Source: Owenia fusiformis
Taxonomy: Eukaryota
Direction: 5' to 3'
NCBI GenBank assembly: GCA_903813345.2
Contig: CAIIXF020000001.1
Coordinates: 16,492,001 to 16,556,000 of the forward strand
Length of the DNA: 64,000 nt
This document shows positions 1 to 25,173 of the stretch, piece by piece. How positions within the stretch are numbered: position 1 is the first letter of the stretch; every line of letters begins with the position of its first letter. Both the position numbers and the translations under genes were made by a program. The notes below the pieces were generated by a model. It saw only the letters and a program-made list of their open reading frames with translations, was not told the DNA's origin and did not search any database.

Positions 1-1102
1 TCCAAATATTTTACTACATAATGAAATATAATAGTATAATCTTTGGTTTTACAAACTTGTATGATATTTGATAAGTGTAAAAATTGTTTTTGGAGCATTT
101 TTCTATAGCCATTTTGTAGGGGAAAAAATGATGAAAAAATGTACAATCTTTTAATTTTAAGTATGACCTGAATCGATTGCAAACTTCATATTGGCACATT
201 TGATGAGATAGACCATTTGTGTCGTATTGTGAAATTATTAAGTTTGCAATCGATTCAGGTCATAGTGTATTTTTGGTATTTCTGTGATAATCAATGGAAA
301 CCAATGGCCTCTATTGGGATCTGCTGATATCCTCATGTTAAGTCACTGGTGCACAGCCCCATGTAAGTCAATACAACCTTACTGAACGAAATGATCCCTA
401 TCTCAGCTTATGTGTGTCCGAGCACTTTAATATTTTCCAAAGTATTATATGACATTTTATTCTTCATGTTACACCTACAAATGATTCATTTTGACCATAG
501 GGATATTTGCCAATAATTGCACCTTGTCCTTTGGGAGTTGATATTTATTGACTATATAATTTGGTAGTTGATATTAATTGTATTTATTGTTAAAATGTTA
601 GAAGAAATATAAATGTATTTCAATGTTAACATATGACTTATTTAATTATAGAAGATGTTATGACAGTGAGATAATAAAACAAATATTTAATTCTATTTTC
701 GGTGAATACCTATTACACTTTCACAAGAATATCACTTGTGAAAGATGCACAGGTATTCACCTCAATAGAATTAAATATTTGTATATTGTTACTGTACATT
801 GTATTTCAAGTTTTGACAAATTGGAGAAATGATATTCTATTTTCGTAATTGATATTTTACTTAATATGGTAATGTATGAAAGACTCATTTGAAAAATGAG
901 ACATTTTGAAGATATTATTGGGATTTTGAATTGAGTTCTATGATTTTGCTTACATTTACATGACTGTTTTGGAATTTCAGATATTAGTCATTTAAATTAA
1001 TGTGGATATCTACGAATGATGGTGATTTTTGGTGTTTCAAACTTATACATGTACTGGTGATATTGCTTTTAAGATGATCAATTTAGCAATACATGTACTT
1101 AC

Positions 1103-4100
1103 ATTGAGCATAAATTGTGTTGACAGTTGGGTAATCCTTCATGTCTGTCAACAGAACAGTGGACTTCACAACTACAAGTAAAAAAAACATAATTGTGCAA
1201 AATTAAAACAAATCCAACTAAAACATATAAACATTGACTGGAAACATACTATTGATACACAACTTTTTCCTTCTATATGCCATGTTATTTTCAAAGCATG
1301 GCTTCAAAATAACCATGGCTGAAACTCCTAAATTTAAATGTTCAAAAAGTATACCTAGAATATGAATGTATTTTTCTATATAATATTGCAATTTGATTGC
1401 TTAATTTTTAATGTTTGATTGACTTTGACTGTAAAATGGACTGTGCATGCAATATATGTATACCAAAAAAATATATACACTGTCTGACTATATATAAGAT
1501 GTCACTTACTGTTTGAGAAATTACCACCAACACTGGCCAAAACTGCTTGCATATTCTTAAATACCTAATAAAAATTAAATGATTACTCATGAGACGTAAA
1601 ACTCTTAACATTGCATAGTATATGTTTTGTAATGTAATGTATGTTACATTGCAATCTTGTGGCTTTGATTTTACATTGTAATTTATAACCTTTGGACTTT
1701 AGTATATATATAGTTATAATACCTTTATTGTACTGATATTATCATGAAAGTAAAGAAAACATAAACCAGTGTTATAAATTAATACATAAAAATATGATGG
1801 AATTGATCTACAAACACAATAACATAACTTGAAAACAGGAACAATGACAGGACATTGGAGGAACACTCTATGTTCCAGTGCACTAAGTTAATTTTGCAAA
1901 GCAAAGTACTGGATCATTCTCAATGTGATGAGTAAGACGCTTACCTGATGTGCCTCGGCCTCTACTCCACCCTCTGCCATCACCCCAGATGTTGGTTCAA
2001 GTCCTATCTGTCCAGACATATACAATGTCTGATCTCACGGGATGTCATCGCCTGATTTGGTCAATGTTAGGGAGCAGGTCGTTTTTACAATAAATTTCAA
2101 TATTTTCACACAAAATATTTTTTTGCTGAAAAACTGCTCATTCGCAGAGAAAATGTACTAGCACATGCAATGACAATGTCAATCACGCTTCTGTACGAAA
2201 TTCGGCGGAAGTCTTTTATAATCTAATACGAAGTTACTAAAAAAGGCGCGAACGCCCTACACTCAAAATGATCGTTTTTCCATTATAACTTTTTAACGTA
2301 ATTTAACGAAGGCTTCTAATTATTATCCAAGATAGTCTAAATACCGATTAAAATATTTCTTACTTCAAACAGATACGCCGTCTTTTATTCAATTTTTTTA
2401 AAAATAATAAAAAATAACTCTTGTCAATGTTAGGGAGCAGTCAATGTTAGGGAGCAAAATGATTGGGGCATGGGGCAAAATCCCAAAAGGTCCCACTAGG
2501 TCCCAAGCCATGTTAAGTCTATGGAGGTCCCAACTTGTCCCATTGGTGTATACCGGGCTTTAGAGTATCATTAGCAAGTGGTACACATATAACAGAGATC
2601 GGTTATATACTGCATTGTCTGAGTATTGACAAATTGAAGTATACGTGTAAAAATCTACTATCATACATGTAACTGCGCAATGAGCCCTTCATAGCGTTTG
2701 TGCCAGCTATCAGGTGATACCCGGTCGTAAAGATAAGTGCGAGACTAACTCTCTTACTTTAATACTACACTGGTGATCCACTCGATTACGCTGGTTACCA
2801 AAACGAACCGTTTTGGTAACAAAATGTCGGAACATCCGGAAGGTACGATTTTCTCGTTTCCTTATTTTACACGTTGTAGGCAGAATTCCCACGACATTTT
2901 TTAACACAAACGTGTAATAGTATTATATGTTTAAGAAATTCAGGTACATATTTGCGAACAATTAGTTCAGAAGACAACAGAATCGTCGATTTACTTCCTC
3001 ACTTAAGTTACATAAACGGTTTGGGTTAAAAGTGCAGATCTTAACTGTTTTTCGAAAAACCGTTTATGTAACTTAAGTGAGGAAGTAAATCGACGATTCT
3101 GTTGTCCTCTGAGCTATTTTTTCGCAAACATGTACATTTTCTAAAACATATGATACTGATGCACTTTGTGAGAAAAAACGTCGTGGGGATTCCGCCTACA
3201 ACGCGTGATTTAAGGAAAAAAGAAAAATCGTGCCTTCGACGTTCCGACATTTTGTTACCAAAACGGTTCGTTTTGGTAACCAGCGTAATCGAGTGGATCA
3301 CCAGTGTACTAGGAAAATATCAAATCATAGAACTGAAGGATGTCGGAGATTTCTCAAGCCTATATCAGTTCAGATAATTTATCATCCACAATTTAGGATT
3401 GTGAACTGATGACATCATCAAAAAGTGTATATAACGATACATCCATTCATTTACAGTTAGAGGTCAACGAATAAAGAAGGAATGGTTCGCATCTAAATAT
3501 TTCTAAAACGAACGTAAACAGGATTTAGCTGAAAATAAAAAATGCAAAATAACCTTTTCAATGATTTTCTTACAATTTTAACGCTTTCCTCCCCAAAGGG
3601 TATCAAATAATCATACAAACAAAATTGTTCAGTTTATAAATGCCTTACATATTTTAAATGGCCATTTGCTACATTTTTAATATTCTGATAAAATCATTTT
3701 GCTCCCTAACATTGACTGCTCCCTAACATTGACAAGAGTTATTTTTTATTATTTTTTAAAAAATTGAATAAAAGACGGCGTATCTGTTTGAAGTAAGAAA
3801 TATTTTAATCGGTATTTAGACTATCTTGGATAATAATTAGAAGCCTTCGTTAAATTACGTTAAAAAGTTATAATGGAAAAACGATCATTTTGAGTGTAGG
3901 GCGTTCGCGCCTTTTTTAGTAACTTCGTATTAGATTATAAAAGACTTCCGCCGAATTTCGTACAGAAGCGTGATTGACATTGTCATTGCATGTGCTAGTA
4001 CATTTTCTCTGCGAATGAGCAGTTTTTCAGTAAAAAAATATTTTGTGTGAAAATATTGAAATTTATTGTAAAAACGACCTGCTCCCTAACATTGACCAAA

Positions 4101-4865
4101 TCAGGCGATGACATCCCGTGGATCTACCATTACAGCTTGACTGAAAATAGTTTATTTTTATAAAAAAGAAACGATTCAGTGTCCGGGTAACGTAGTCAGA
4201 ATCAGAGAAACAAATGGGAAATAAAAAATATCAGTTATTTTCATTATTTTTTCTAGTCTTGACAAATGAATAGGACCAATCATCTTATGAGGAAAATCTG
4301 ACTGGCGTCCAGCGGTGCAACTAAATATAATTTCCAAGGAGGATTGGCTCCCAGAGTGCACCACCGATATTCTGTCCCATATATGGGTATGTCGTAATTC
4401 AAAATTCGAATTCAAACAGCCGCCATTTTGTTCACTTCAACATTTAAATCGTGAATTTTGGTCTTATTTCCAAACGAAAAATTCCAAAACTCACAAGAAA
4501 TGATCGAGATATTGGTTCGAATCTTTTGAACTGTTTATTTTGAATTTATAGTCGGTTTTAATTTCAGAAAATAACGACATTTCGACGTTTTCATTGTTGG
4601 AAAATATCGAGTTTCGATCCTGGGAGCCAATCCTCCTTGTATAATTTCTGTAAAATAACATGGGCGATAATTAGTAATGAAATGAAATTGAAATGAACTG
4701 TATCGTCAATTTAGCCTTTATATTCAAGTTCAGTGTTTTCCTCACATATACCCCGTCACCCATGCAATTTTAAGAAAGATTAAGATGAAGTTGTCATACT
4801 CACTTATAAGGGCCAACCGCCTTTGGGGCACCGATCGTGTTTATAATCCGTCTTATACACGCCAT
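1103..4865 (-). CDS. RIDA: RidA/UK114 (2-iminobutanoate/2-iminopropanoate deaminase), exons 1-4; exon 2 interrupted by a transposon; 3' exons not found in the window
   Basis: Exons: 4865-4804 (MACIRRIINTIGAPKAVGPY), 4140-4121 + 2030-1945 (NQAVMVD/QTLYMSGQIGLEPTSGVMAEGGVEAEAHQ), 1564-1510 (VFKNMQAVLASVGGNFSN), 1171-1103 (IVKSTVLLTDMKDYPTVNTIYAQ). All GT-AG with matching phases. GPYxQA, SGQIG and VKxTVLL motifs are typical of RidA. As assembled, read-through into the insertion hits TGA at codon 34. Confidence 0.93.
2036..4120. mobile_element. Non-autonomous DNA transposon, CAC...GTG termini, 429-bp TIRs, 5-bp TSD (Transib-like signature)
   Basis: TIRs 2036-2464 and 3692-4120 are near-perfect reverse complements (one mismatch noticed). 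GATCT is duplicated at 2031-2035 and 4121-4125. Removing the element plus one TSD restores the RidA frame. No transposase ORF. Confidence 0.92.
2768..3306. mobile_element. Nested foldback MITE, CACTGGTG...CACCAGTG, 5-bp TSD
   Basis: Imperfect palindrome over almost its whole length, with the outer ~65 bp perfectly inverted. TACTA duplicated at 2763-2767 and 3307-3311. Confidence 0.88.
4335..4639. mobile_element. 305-bp MITE with 9-bp TSD (Mutator-like), copy 1
   Basis: TIR CAAGGAGGATTGGCTCCCAG / CTGGGAGCCAATCCTCCTTG; TATAATTTC duplicated on both sides; inverted second copy at 56227-56530. Confidence 0.88.
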
Positions 4866-4945
4866 CTTGTTCTTGGACAAATATATATCACGTGACAGTC
4901 ACGTGGTTTTGAAGTATTAGATTGACGCGGGAAATTCAAAATGTT
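4866..4945 (-). promoter_or_regulatory. Candidate RidA proximal promoter: tandem E-box/CLEAR-like sites plus an E2F/CHR-like motif
   Basis: TCACGTGAC 4888-4896 and GTCACGTGG 4898-4906; GCGGGAAA 4927-4934 directly next to TTCAAA 4935-4940; all just upstream of the ATG at 4865. Motif match only. Confidence 0.45.
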
Positions 4946-4991
4946 AACAACATATTTAAAAGTGATCAATAAAATAACATTTATAATAACA

Positions 4992-4997
4992 TTTATT
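4992..4997 (-). terminator. Candidate polyadenylation signal of the GH31 gene
   Basis: AATAAA on the minus strand ~10 nt after the TAA stop at 5009-5007; a second AATAAA overlaps the stop. Confidence 0.5.
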
Positions 4998-5006
4998 CAT
5001 CTTTTA

Positions 5007-17641
<12,635 letters not shown>

Positions 17642-20600
17642 TTCAATACAGAAATACTAGAATCGTGTAATTAACATTCTTATAAAATATTTATTTGGAT
17701 GGTGAATTTATTTAAGCTATATATATATGAGAATAAGCCATATGGCCAAAAGTCAAACGTGAGAAAGGTGTTTGACATTTTATTGGACCTCAAAACACGA
17801 TTCAAAACACGATGAATATAATTTAATTATCAAAGTGTCAGTAATTAAGTCAGGCCCATTTTTGATCTACACGTAAATCGCTCTGTAATATTATTCAATT
17901 GTACATGGTGTCTCATAAGCAATGATAATTATGCTATTATGTTATTTGATTATTTTATCAAGGAAATATGAAATTCATATGTAGGATAAAGGACAAGATA
18001 TATTACATTTTCCTACATGAATACTACATTTTATAACTGAACACACCACACGTTGTTTTTCATACATTTTTAAACCCATTTTTTGTTTTAATTTGGATGT
18101 ATCACTGTTGTTCACATTAGTAATTGTTCACTACAGTAGTTTTACTATATTTTATTCCTTATATTCCCCAATGCATTTTGCACAGTGGTTTCACTGTGGA
18201 TAAAGCCAATGGGGCAAGTTGAGACTCGATGGGGCAAGTGGGATTTTCCCCCATTGGTGTATACCAGTGTAAAAGGGTAGGAGGTCCTATCAAATTATGG
18301 TCCTACTTTCCATTGATTTATATGGTGACCTAAATACAACTCTTTCCCTTATTATCGTATCCACAATCAGGGCCAGTAAGGGCCGTTAAGAAAGGGGACC
18401 ATAATCCCCAGGGGACCATAATTTCTTTTACACCTCTACACAAAGTTCTTCCATCGTGTCCATAGATCTAGACTTCTTGGGTCTATGAATTGGGGCATTG
18501 CCCAGGTCGATTTTGCTTTCAGGACAATCTCGGGTTGCTTTTTCTCAATGCGTTTTGAAGATCATAGTATCAGACCAAACTGATAATCCTGTCGCACACG
18601 CTTTGACATCATGCAACAGTATGCAATAATCGGTACCTTTACCATGATTTGAAAGCTTCGACAAGATCCCAGAATAACCACTTTCTAATTTTTCAATTTT
18701 TCTGAAAATGAATAATGTGGTGAAATATGAAACTTCTCTGGAGAATGCACATACATGTTGATATGGCAATTATAAATGGAGTATTATTGTGTTAATAGTC
18801 AAAGGAAGCCTACAACTTGATATTTCATTTTGCGTGAATATTATACTGTTTCCTTATCAAATAATAATTTTAGAGCATTTTATGGGACACCCTGTAATTT
18901 ACGTTTCTCCTAAGCATAAACAAAACTACCCTTTGCATTCGTTCGACTTTACTATTTAAAAGAGAGCTTCGTTTTTAGTTTATAACTAGACTCTGCGCGC
19001 AGGGTAAAACAAAATATATGTGAATGTTATTTTGTAAAAGGTCAAATACAATAGTTTACACTTGATACACCAGCCTTTATCTCGTGTTACATAGCATGAT
19101 TTCACAACTTGTATTAATCTGAGTACGAATCTCATTTTGATCTCAAGTTTGATGTCGATATGAAACTTTATTGATTTGGACTGAAGCTTTCTGTTCGAGA
19201 TGTCATTACTCGATGTGTACTTAAATTATGTGCATCTCTCTATGGAATTCGCTAAACGATACTATCAAATAGATATACGATATAATCTCATTAGGAATTG
19301 AAATCACACAAAACTACATATACAAATATACAAGTATATGTAGCCCATTTAGTTTTTCATCTGTGTCTTTAAAAAATAACCTTGGCCTATTTAATACACG
19401 AAAACAATGTTTCGAGTAAGCTCAAACAACAGTGTTTAACAAAGTCTAGGCTAAACTAACCTCAATTCCGAATTTTGGGCTACTTTTCATATAAATCATG
19501 CCACTTTTTGCCAGTTTCGTTAAAATAGTCCTGTTTCTCGTATCTTTGTTCATAATAAACATTTAATAAATTGAAATAGAGAATAATGGTGATTTTTTGT
19601 CTATTGGAATTTCCTGAACTTGGCACTTTGCGATTGCTGCTTTATTTTGGCTTTAAAAATACTTGCAGCAATAACACAACTTTTTATCGGAGGAATTTCA
19701 AATTTTAGAAAAACATTTCACCTTTTTATTTCATAATTGATCGTTTAAAAGTTTCTAAAAATGTCAAATCATACAGAGTTTCGATTCATTCAGTAATGAT
19801 GTGAGAACCATAAAATGACTAATTGAATAACACGATTCCATTATCAAGCCAAGCTAAAAAATCTACACAACTATTATCTAAAGCACTTTCGTCAATTGGA
19901 TTCCACATCAAATGCCTATATATTTCTCCATTTTCAAGAACAATTTCTTATGATTTAAGAGGCGTGTATAAATCACATTTAACGTTGATCCTTAAAGTAG
20001 TCCCTCCAGTAAAAGTCCAATTACCCTCGGTAAATCACAGTTGAATATTGGTAATAATTTATCATTGACATGATTGCAAGAATTATACACATTCTTTGCA
20101 AGTTATATTGATTTTCCTGCAATACCAATCTGAGCATAATGGTCTCGCTCCAGATCTCCCGAGATTTTGCGTGGCTTCATAATTCAAGCGTAGTGTAAAG
20201 CTATAGATCTTATGTATTGATTTAGGTAGAAATACCATTGAATTGGCTGTTTTAATGATTGCTGTGTATTCCTCTCTGCTTCTGATCAATCATGGACGAC
20301 ATAATATAAATGGGTAAGTGTTTTACTAAGCTATATTGCGTTAATCGAAAACAAGATCTGTGAAACTGGCATTACTAATTGTATATCTTTTATATATTAT
20401 AGTTATACATGTATGTAGCTATAAAAGATTTGCACATTTCATTTAATAATTTAGTTATCGTATACTTAAAATGGGGAACTGTAAGGTACACGAGGTTGAC
20501 AAATATTGTCACGTTATCAAAGGATTGTGGTAATGATTATCCTGGACCAGTACATAAGAACATGTATGGAGAACACGGGTGTCTTATTGGCTTCAGTGTA

Positions 20601-20929
20601 TCGATCCATGGCATAGGCATAATATAGAGGAACATCTCTATGACGTCCCTTCATACATACGCTTGATGTATTGTCAATACGTATCGGTATTCCTAGATTT
20701 ATTTCCATTTTCACGAAGTGTTTTATTGGCGTTATTAAAAGCACTTTTCCCCTTGTAATAAAAACAACATGTTGGTCTGTTTGATGGGATAATAGATCAC
20801 ATGTCTATGAGAGTACTGTCATTAGTTATATTGCAAATGCTCATAGCAACCAATACGTGCTACAAAAGCAAAGCATTTTATAACACGAGAACCATTTGAT
20901 ATAATTGCCATTATTATGGACATATCATC

Positions 20930-21700
20930 TAAGCACGAGTGCCAAGGTGAAAGGACCAAAAGTTGTAATGGAACTTAGCAAGAAAAAGCAAACTCTAAGT
21001 GCATACCAGTTAAGAAAAACAAACCCCATATATCCCAAAACCATGATCTAACGTGAAAAGAAACAATGACTAATACCCCATTTCCCCCCACCATTCAAGA
21101 ACCGATATCACAATCCAAGACCAGAACACCAAGGAACATTTCATTCATACTGAAGTCATTACAATACATGTTGAAGAAAAAATTAGAAATTGATATCCAA
21201 TACTCATAACATCAAAAATAGTTGTAGATACAAGTTCTCATACAAGATAGAGCATTCAGTCTCAAATGATGTGGAATAGATAAAATCCGGTCTACAAGTC
21301 CATAGGCGTTTCAAAGGGTCAAACATAACATAGACTGTCTATTGAGTGGCTCCGCCGATCTTCAGATCATCAAAACAGAGTATTTCAAATGAAATAGTCT
21401 CATTTCCAACCCTGGGGTATTACGTGTTATTGAAAAGTCACAGCCAATAGAATGTAGAATGTAACTTATGATGTAATGAACACTAAAAGAGGAATTGAAA
21501 CTTAATAATTAATGGCATTCATGATGCAAGAACTGGTTACATCTTCGCATATTACTAAATCCAATGTGCATCTATTTTATTCGAGATTCGCTTTGATGGA
21601 GCTTCAAAAGGAGCAGAGATAGCAATTACATTTTTCCGAAAAAGGCTTCAATTAAACTTAAATTATTTTGCATTATATTCCGCAAAGTAATTTAAAAAGT
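20930..21700 (+). mobile_element. Highly decayed coding-like repeat, possibly a Ty1/copia-type retroelement remnant
   Basis: 20937-21200 aligns by eye with the reverse complement of ~30030-30270 (shared GAACACCAAGG..CATT.CATTCATACTGAAGTCATT..AATACATGTTGAAGA); 21497-21540 loosely resembles a WKL..YGL.DA.R.WY RT motif after frameshifts. Confidence 0.35.
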
Positions 21701-22320
21701 AAAAGGCACATATTTGTGGTGAGAAGACCATGTGGTCTGAAAGGTACAAGAATAAACATTTTGTTTTTGTTTGCTAACCCCTATACGTTCAATATCAATT
21801 TTGTGTTTTGCGGACAAAATACTTATACTTGTTACAAATAGATCTCCGAGGAATCTTTTGAAGTATTTTATTTCATGTTACCATATTATTTCAAAGATGG
21901 CAAATTATTTTCACCATAAGAACAACACTATTAATTGCAAAAATGGAACAATATGTTTTTCCCATGCAACATTATTTTCATAGTGAATGCTGTAGTTTAC
22001 GGTTACATTGTACGGTCAGTAAATTTCGACAGTTTAATAGAATACACTTGAAAAGTCCAAACTTTTCTCTGAAATAAAAGTTAATGAATGAAAAATCCAC
22101 CACGGCAGCCCTTTCAATGTTTACAAAAATGAAATAGTTACAATGGAATAAATCTTTTTTTAATTATAATTACTAAGAAATTGAATTAATACATGTCACA
22201 CATTATTCGAAGCTTTTTGTAATCCAAACAGTATTGCACCAATTGACCAAAATGTGGTTAACATATACGACAAATTCATGGCATTCTAATTACATTTGGT
22301 ATTATTTTATAAAAGTACAA

Positions 22321-25173
22321 CACTCAAGCCACGTATTCCTTTCATTATAACGAATTTTATGTTACATGACTATATGTTTTTATTCCGCTATTTAATATAC
22401 GCTCTACCATGAGTATTTGGTATCAAATTAAACGTCTCTTAACCCTGCAAAATATCATTTAGTTTTTATCTCAGGGTTATAAAAGCTGAACGCATTATCA
22501 ACCGTCGAACATTCCAAACTATCATTTTTTGCCTTGTAACTGATCACCCTTATGTTGATTGACAGTAACTTTTTTTATATTCTGAAACGTATTTTGTTAT
22601 GATAATTGACAATTTCATCATAAAGACTGCATTGTGTCGATTGTACGTTAGCTGGAATCAATTTATTTGCTAATTTACTATTGGAAAATCGACATTAAGT
22701 ATGTGTAGCCCTCGAAGGCACCATCATCGACACCATTCTTGAAATCAGCGGTGTCGAAAAGCCTCTGCACTATTCATGATAACCCCCCATTCACTTCTTT
22801 GAAATATAAATTGCCTTATTAACGGATGTAAAACATTTTCAAAATACATTTGAATATAACATATTTAGCTTGTTACGTATTTTTCGACGTAAAGTACCAT
22901 TTTCCAAATCATCATCGACTCTACAAGTACGTTGTCTTTGCACTCTGCTTTCAATCAAAATCAGGTTTCAATGTTAAGTAATGGTGTTGACGGTTTGTAT
23001 CAATATATATTGATAATATAAAAATACGCGTTATAGATGTTATTCTTTGACCACGTAAAGATTGAGATATTTACGACCATCAACGACTCCACCACATACG
23101 ACTCCAAAATACTATCCACATATTAAGTAGGTCACATGTATAATCGAACGATATATATTTGTTGAATGAACCTACATTCATTAAATGACTATTTTGTTGT
23201 ATGTGTAGCATTTTACAGTGATACCGAGCTAAGGATTATTAGAGCATATTGTTCATTGTAATTACAACGTGTAGTGATAAGTAAAATTGAATCTATTAAG
23301 CAGATCATGTTATTTACTTATGATGCATATTCTGTTTGTCTTGAAATGCTATGGTAATGTGACACAAGAATTGGGATGATTGAGCAGTTCATAGTTTTAT
23401 AAAATCACTGACAAATATAGATGCATATTCCCCGATATTTCTTAATTTATAAATGTTTCGTTCAGTGTACCACTAGACGAAGTGTATTTCTTTCCATTAT
23501 TGTAAAACAATAAATATTTAATTTCATTGGGATAATCAGATTTGTGACATTTTATTAATGTGCATAACTTCCCACACTCTCATTGATATATCTGTCTTAC
23601 TTATCAGACCTTTCTGATGATATAAGAATATGGCACTCACCAACGCCGAGAAGTGTCGTCGTTCCCTACAGACTACAGTACAGGGAGAGAAAGAAAAAGA
23701 AAGATACCAAAGGCTACTTAGAGCAAGAACGATTGCGACAGCGAGCATCGTATACACCGAGAAATAACCTGTCTGCTGAAGCTCTTTAATGGATCAGAGA
23801 AAAGAACAACAAGGCATCCCGGGAATACAGGGCACGCATACGCCAAGTGTATAGAGAAACAATCAAAACACGCCAGACTGAAGGGAACGCTCGGAGTCTC
23901 AAAGTGAAACTGCCAGGACACAAATGAAAATCCAAGAAATCCAAGAACGCATTATTAAAACATTGAAGATAGGGCGACTGGACTTAAACCAGTACCAGGT
24001 ACCTTTCGAATCAATGCTGTGAGAGGGGTTTCCGATAATATTGTTGAAACGCGAGAATTATCGTGCTATTGTGACGCATGCAGAACAGACAAGTCATCCC
24101 CACCCTGTGGTTGGCAAAAGAACAACCTTATAACCGTTAGGAAGACCCACCAGGCAGCTAAGGTGGTCACCGAGCAACCATCTTTATCAAAACGGACCAC
24201 ACGACGAGCACACCCGACACCCAGTACGTCAAGTAAAGCATCGACGCCCTCCGACGTTTCCACTCTTTCAACCACATTGAAGCGTCGGCCTTTAGTAGCC
24301 CCATCTATAAGTTGAAAGTCTTCAGACACAATTGTTTCCGCGAAGAAAAGGAAAGGCCCGATAAAAAGAACAGACACTGTAAATATTTGCGAGGCATGCG
24401 GTGTCAACTATTAGGCTATTCGTATTTACAATCGCAGTTCGAATCGATCAAGTGCTCAAAATGCCCCGACTGGTTTCATGATTCCGGGAAATGTTCTCGT
24501 GTAAAGGGGATACTCATTGGAGAAATATTTACATGCTTTAATTGCAATAAAAGACGACCTTAAATGTGTAAATTATGTACGTTATTGTTTAAAAACCTAA
24601 GCGACCATCAGCGACACTGTTAAATAACACTTAATATCACAAGGAGGAGTGATTGACCTATTCGGAACAATGTTGTATTTTGATGTAAGAAGACATGTGT
24701 GTCTAATTTGTACATTCATTTTGTCGATCGAGAAATTGACTTGGCATATTATTTAGCTTAGAAAACAAAATCTTGAAATTAATTATCTTTAGGGAAACTC
24801 AAAACAATGTATTTCAATGATTATCTTAATAAAATTCTCTTGTTAAGATAAACAACAACTATTGCAATTTATTTTTGTTCATGTGATTAAATAATTCAAA
24901 CTTAATACATTAGTTTATCTTTAAACTCAAAATTCATTTTGAAACATGAATCAATGTAGGCCTATGTATGCACCATCATCGACACCAGCAATTTAAGAGT
25001 ATATTTACGTTTTGATGCACAATCAAGTAATTGTTTAAAGGGTAATAAAAATATTTTGAGAAACGCTTCTTAAACCCCATGGCTAATGGTATATGCATTT
25101 ATATCTCAATCTAAAATTTCATTTTTTCAACTTTTACATTGATCAAATGTGAAAGAGATTCGTGGCTTGACTG
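22321..25173 (+). mobile_element. 2.85-kb internally deleted DNA transposon with 4-bp TSD (Sola-like) carrying decayed ORF fragments and a PHD-like finger
   Basis: Imperfect TIR CACTCAAGCCACGTATTCCTTTCA / TGAAAGAGATTCGTGGCTTGACTG; ACAA at 22317-22320 and 25174-25177. Fragments MALTNAEKCRR (from ~23630), LKPVPGT...VETRELSCYCDAC (~23985-24090), IKCSKCPDWFH...FTCFNC (~24447-24547); recurrent CCATCATCGACACC motif. Confidence 0.65.

Noticed and set aside
490-545. Minus-strand QLPKDKVQ as RidA exon 5/6
   Set aside because: Lacks the PAR motif and suitable splice sites; the remaining exons probably lie left of the window.
2710-3377. ORFs of 65-91 aa inside the RidA insertion as a possible transposase
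   Set aside because: They are mirror-image readings of the nested palindrome with no DDE or RAG1-like motifs.
18181-18198. CACAGTG-GTTT-CACTGTG, two exact RSS heptamers in inverted orientation
   Set aside because: No nonamer at 12/23 spacing and no TSD; a short palindrome could be chance or a repeat fragment.
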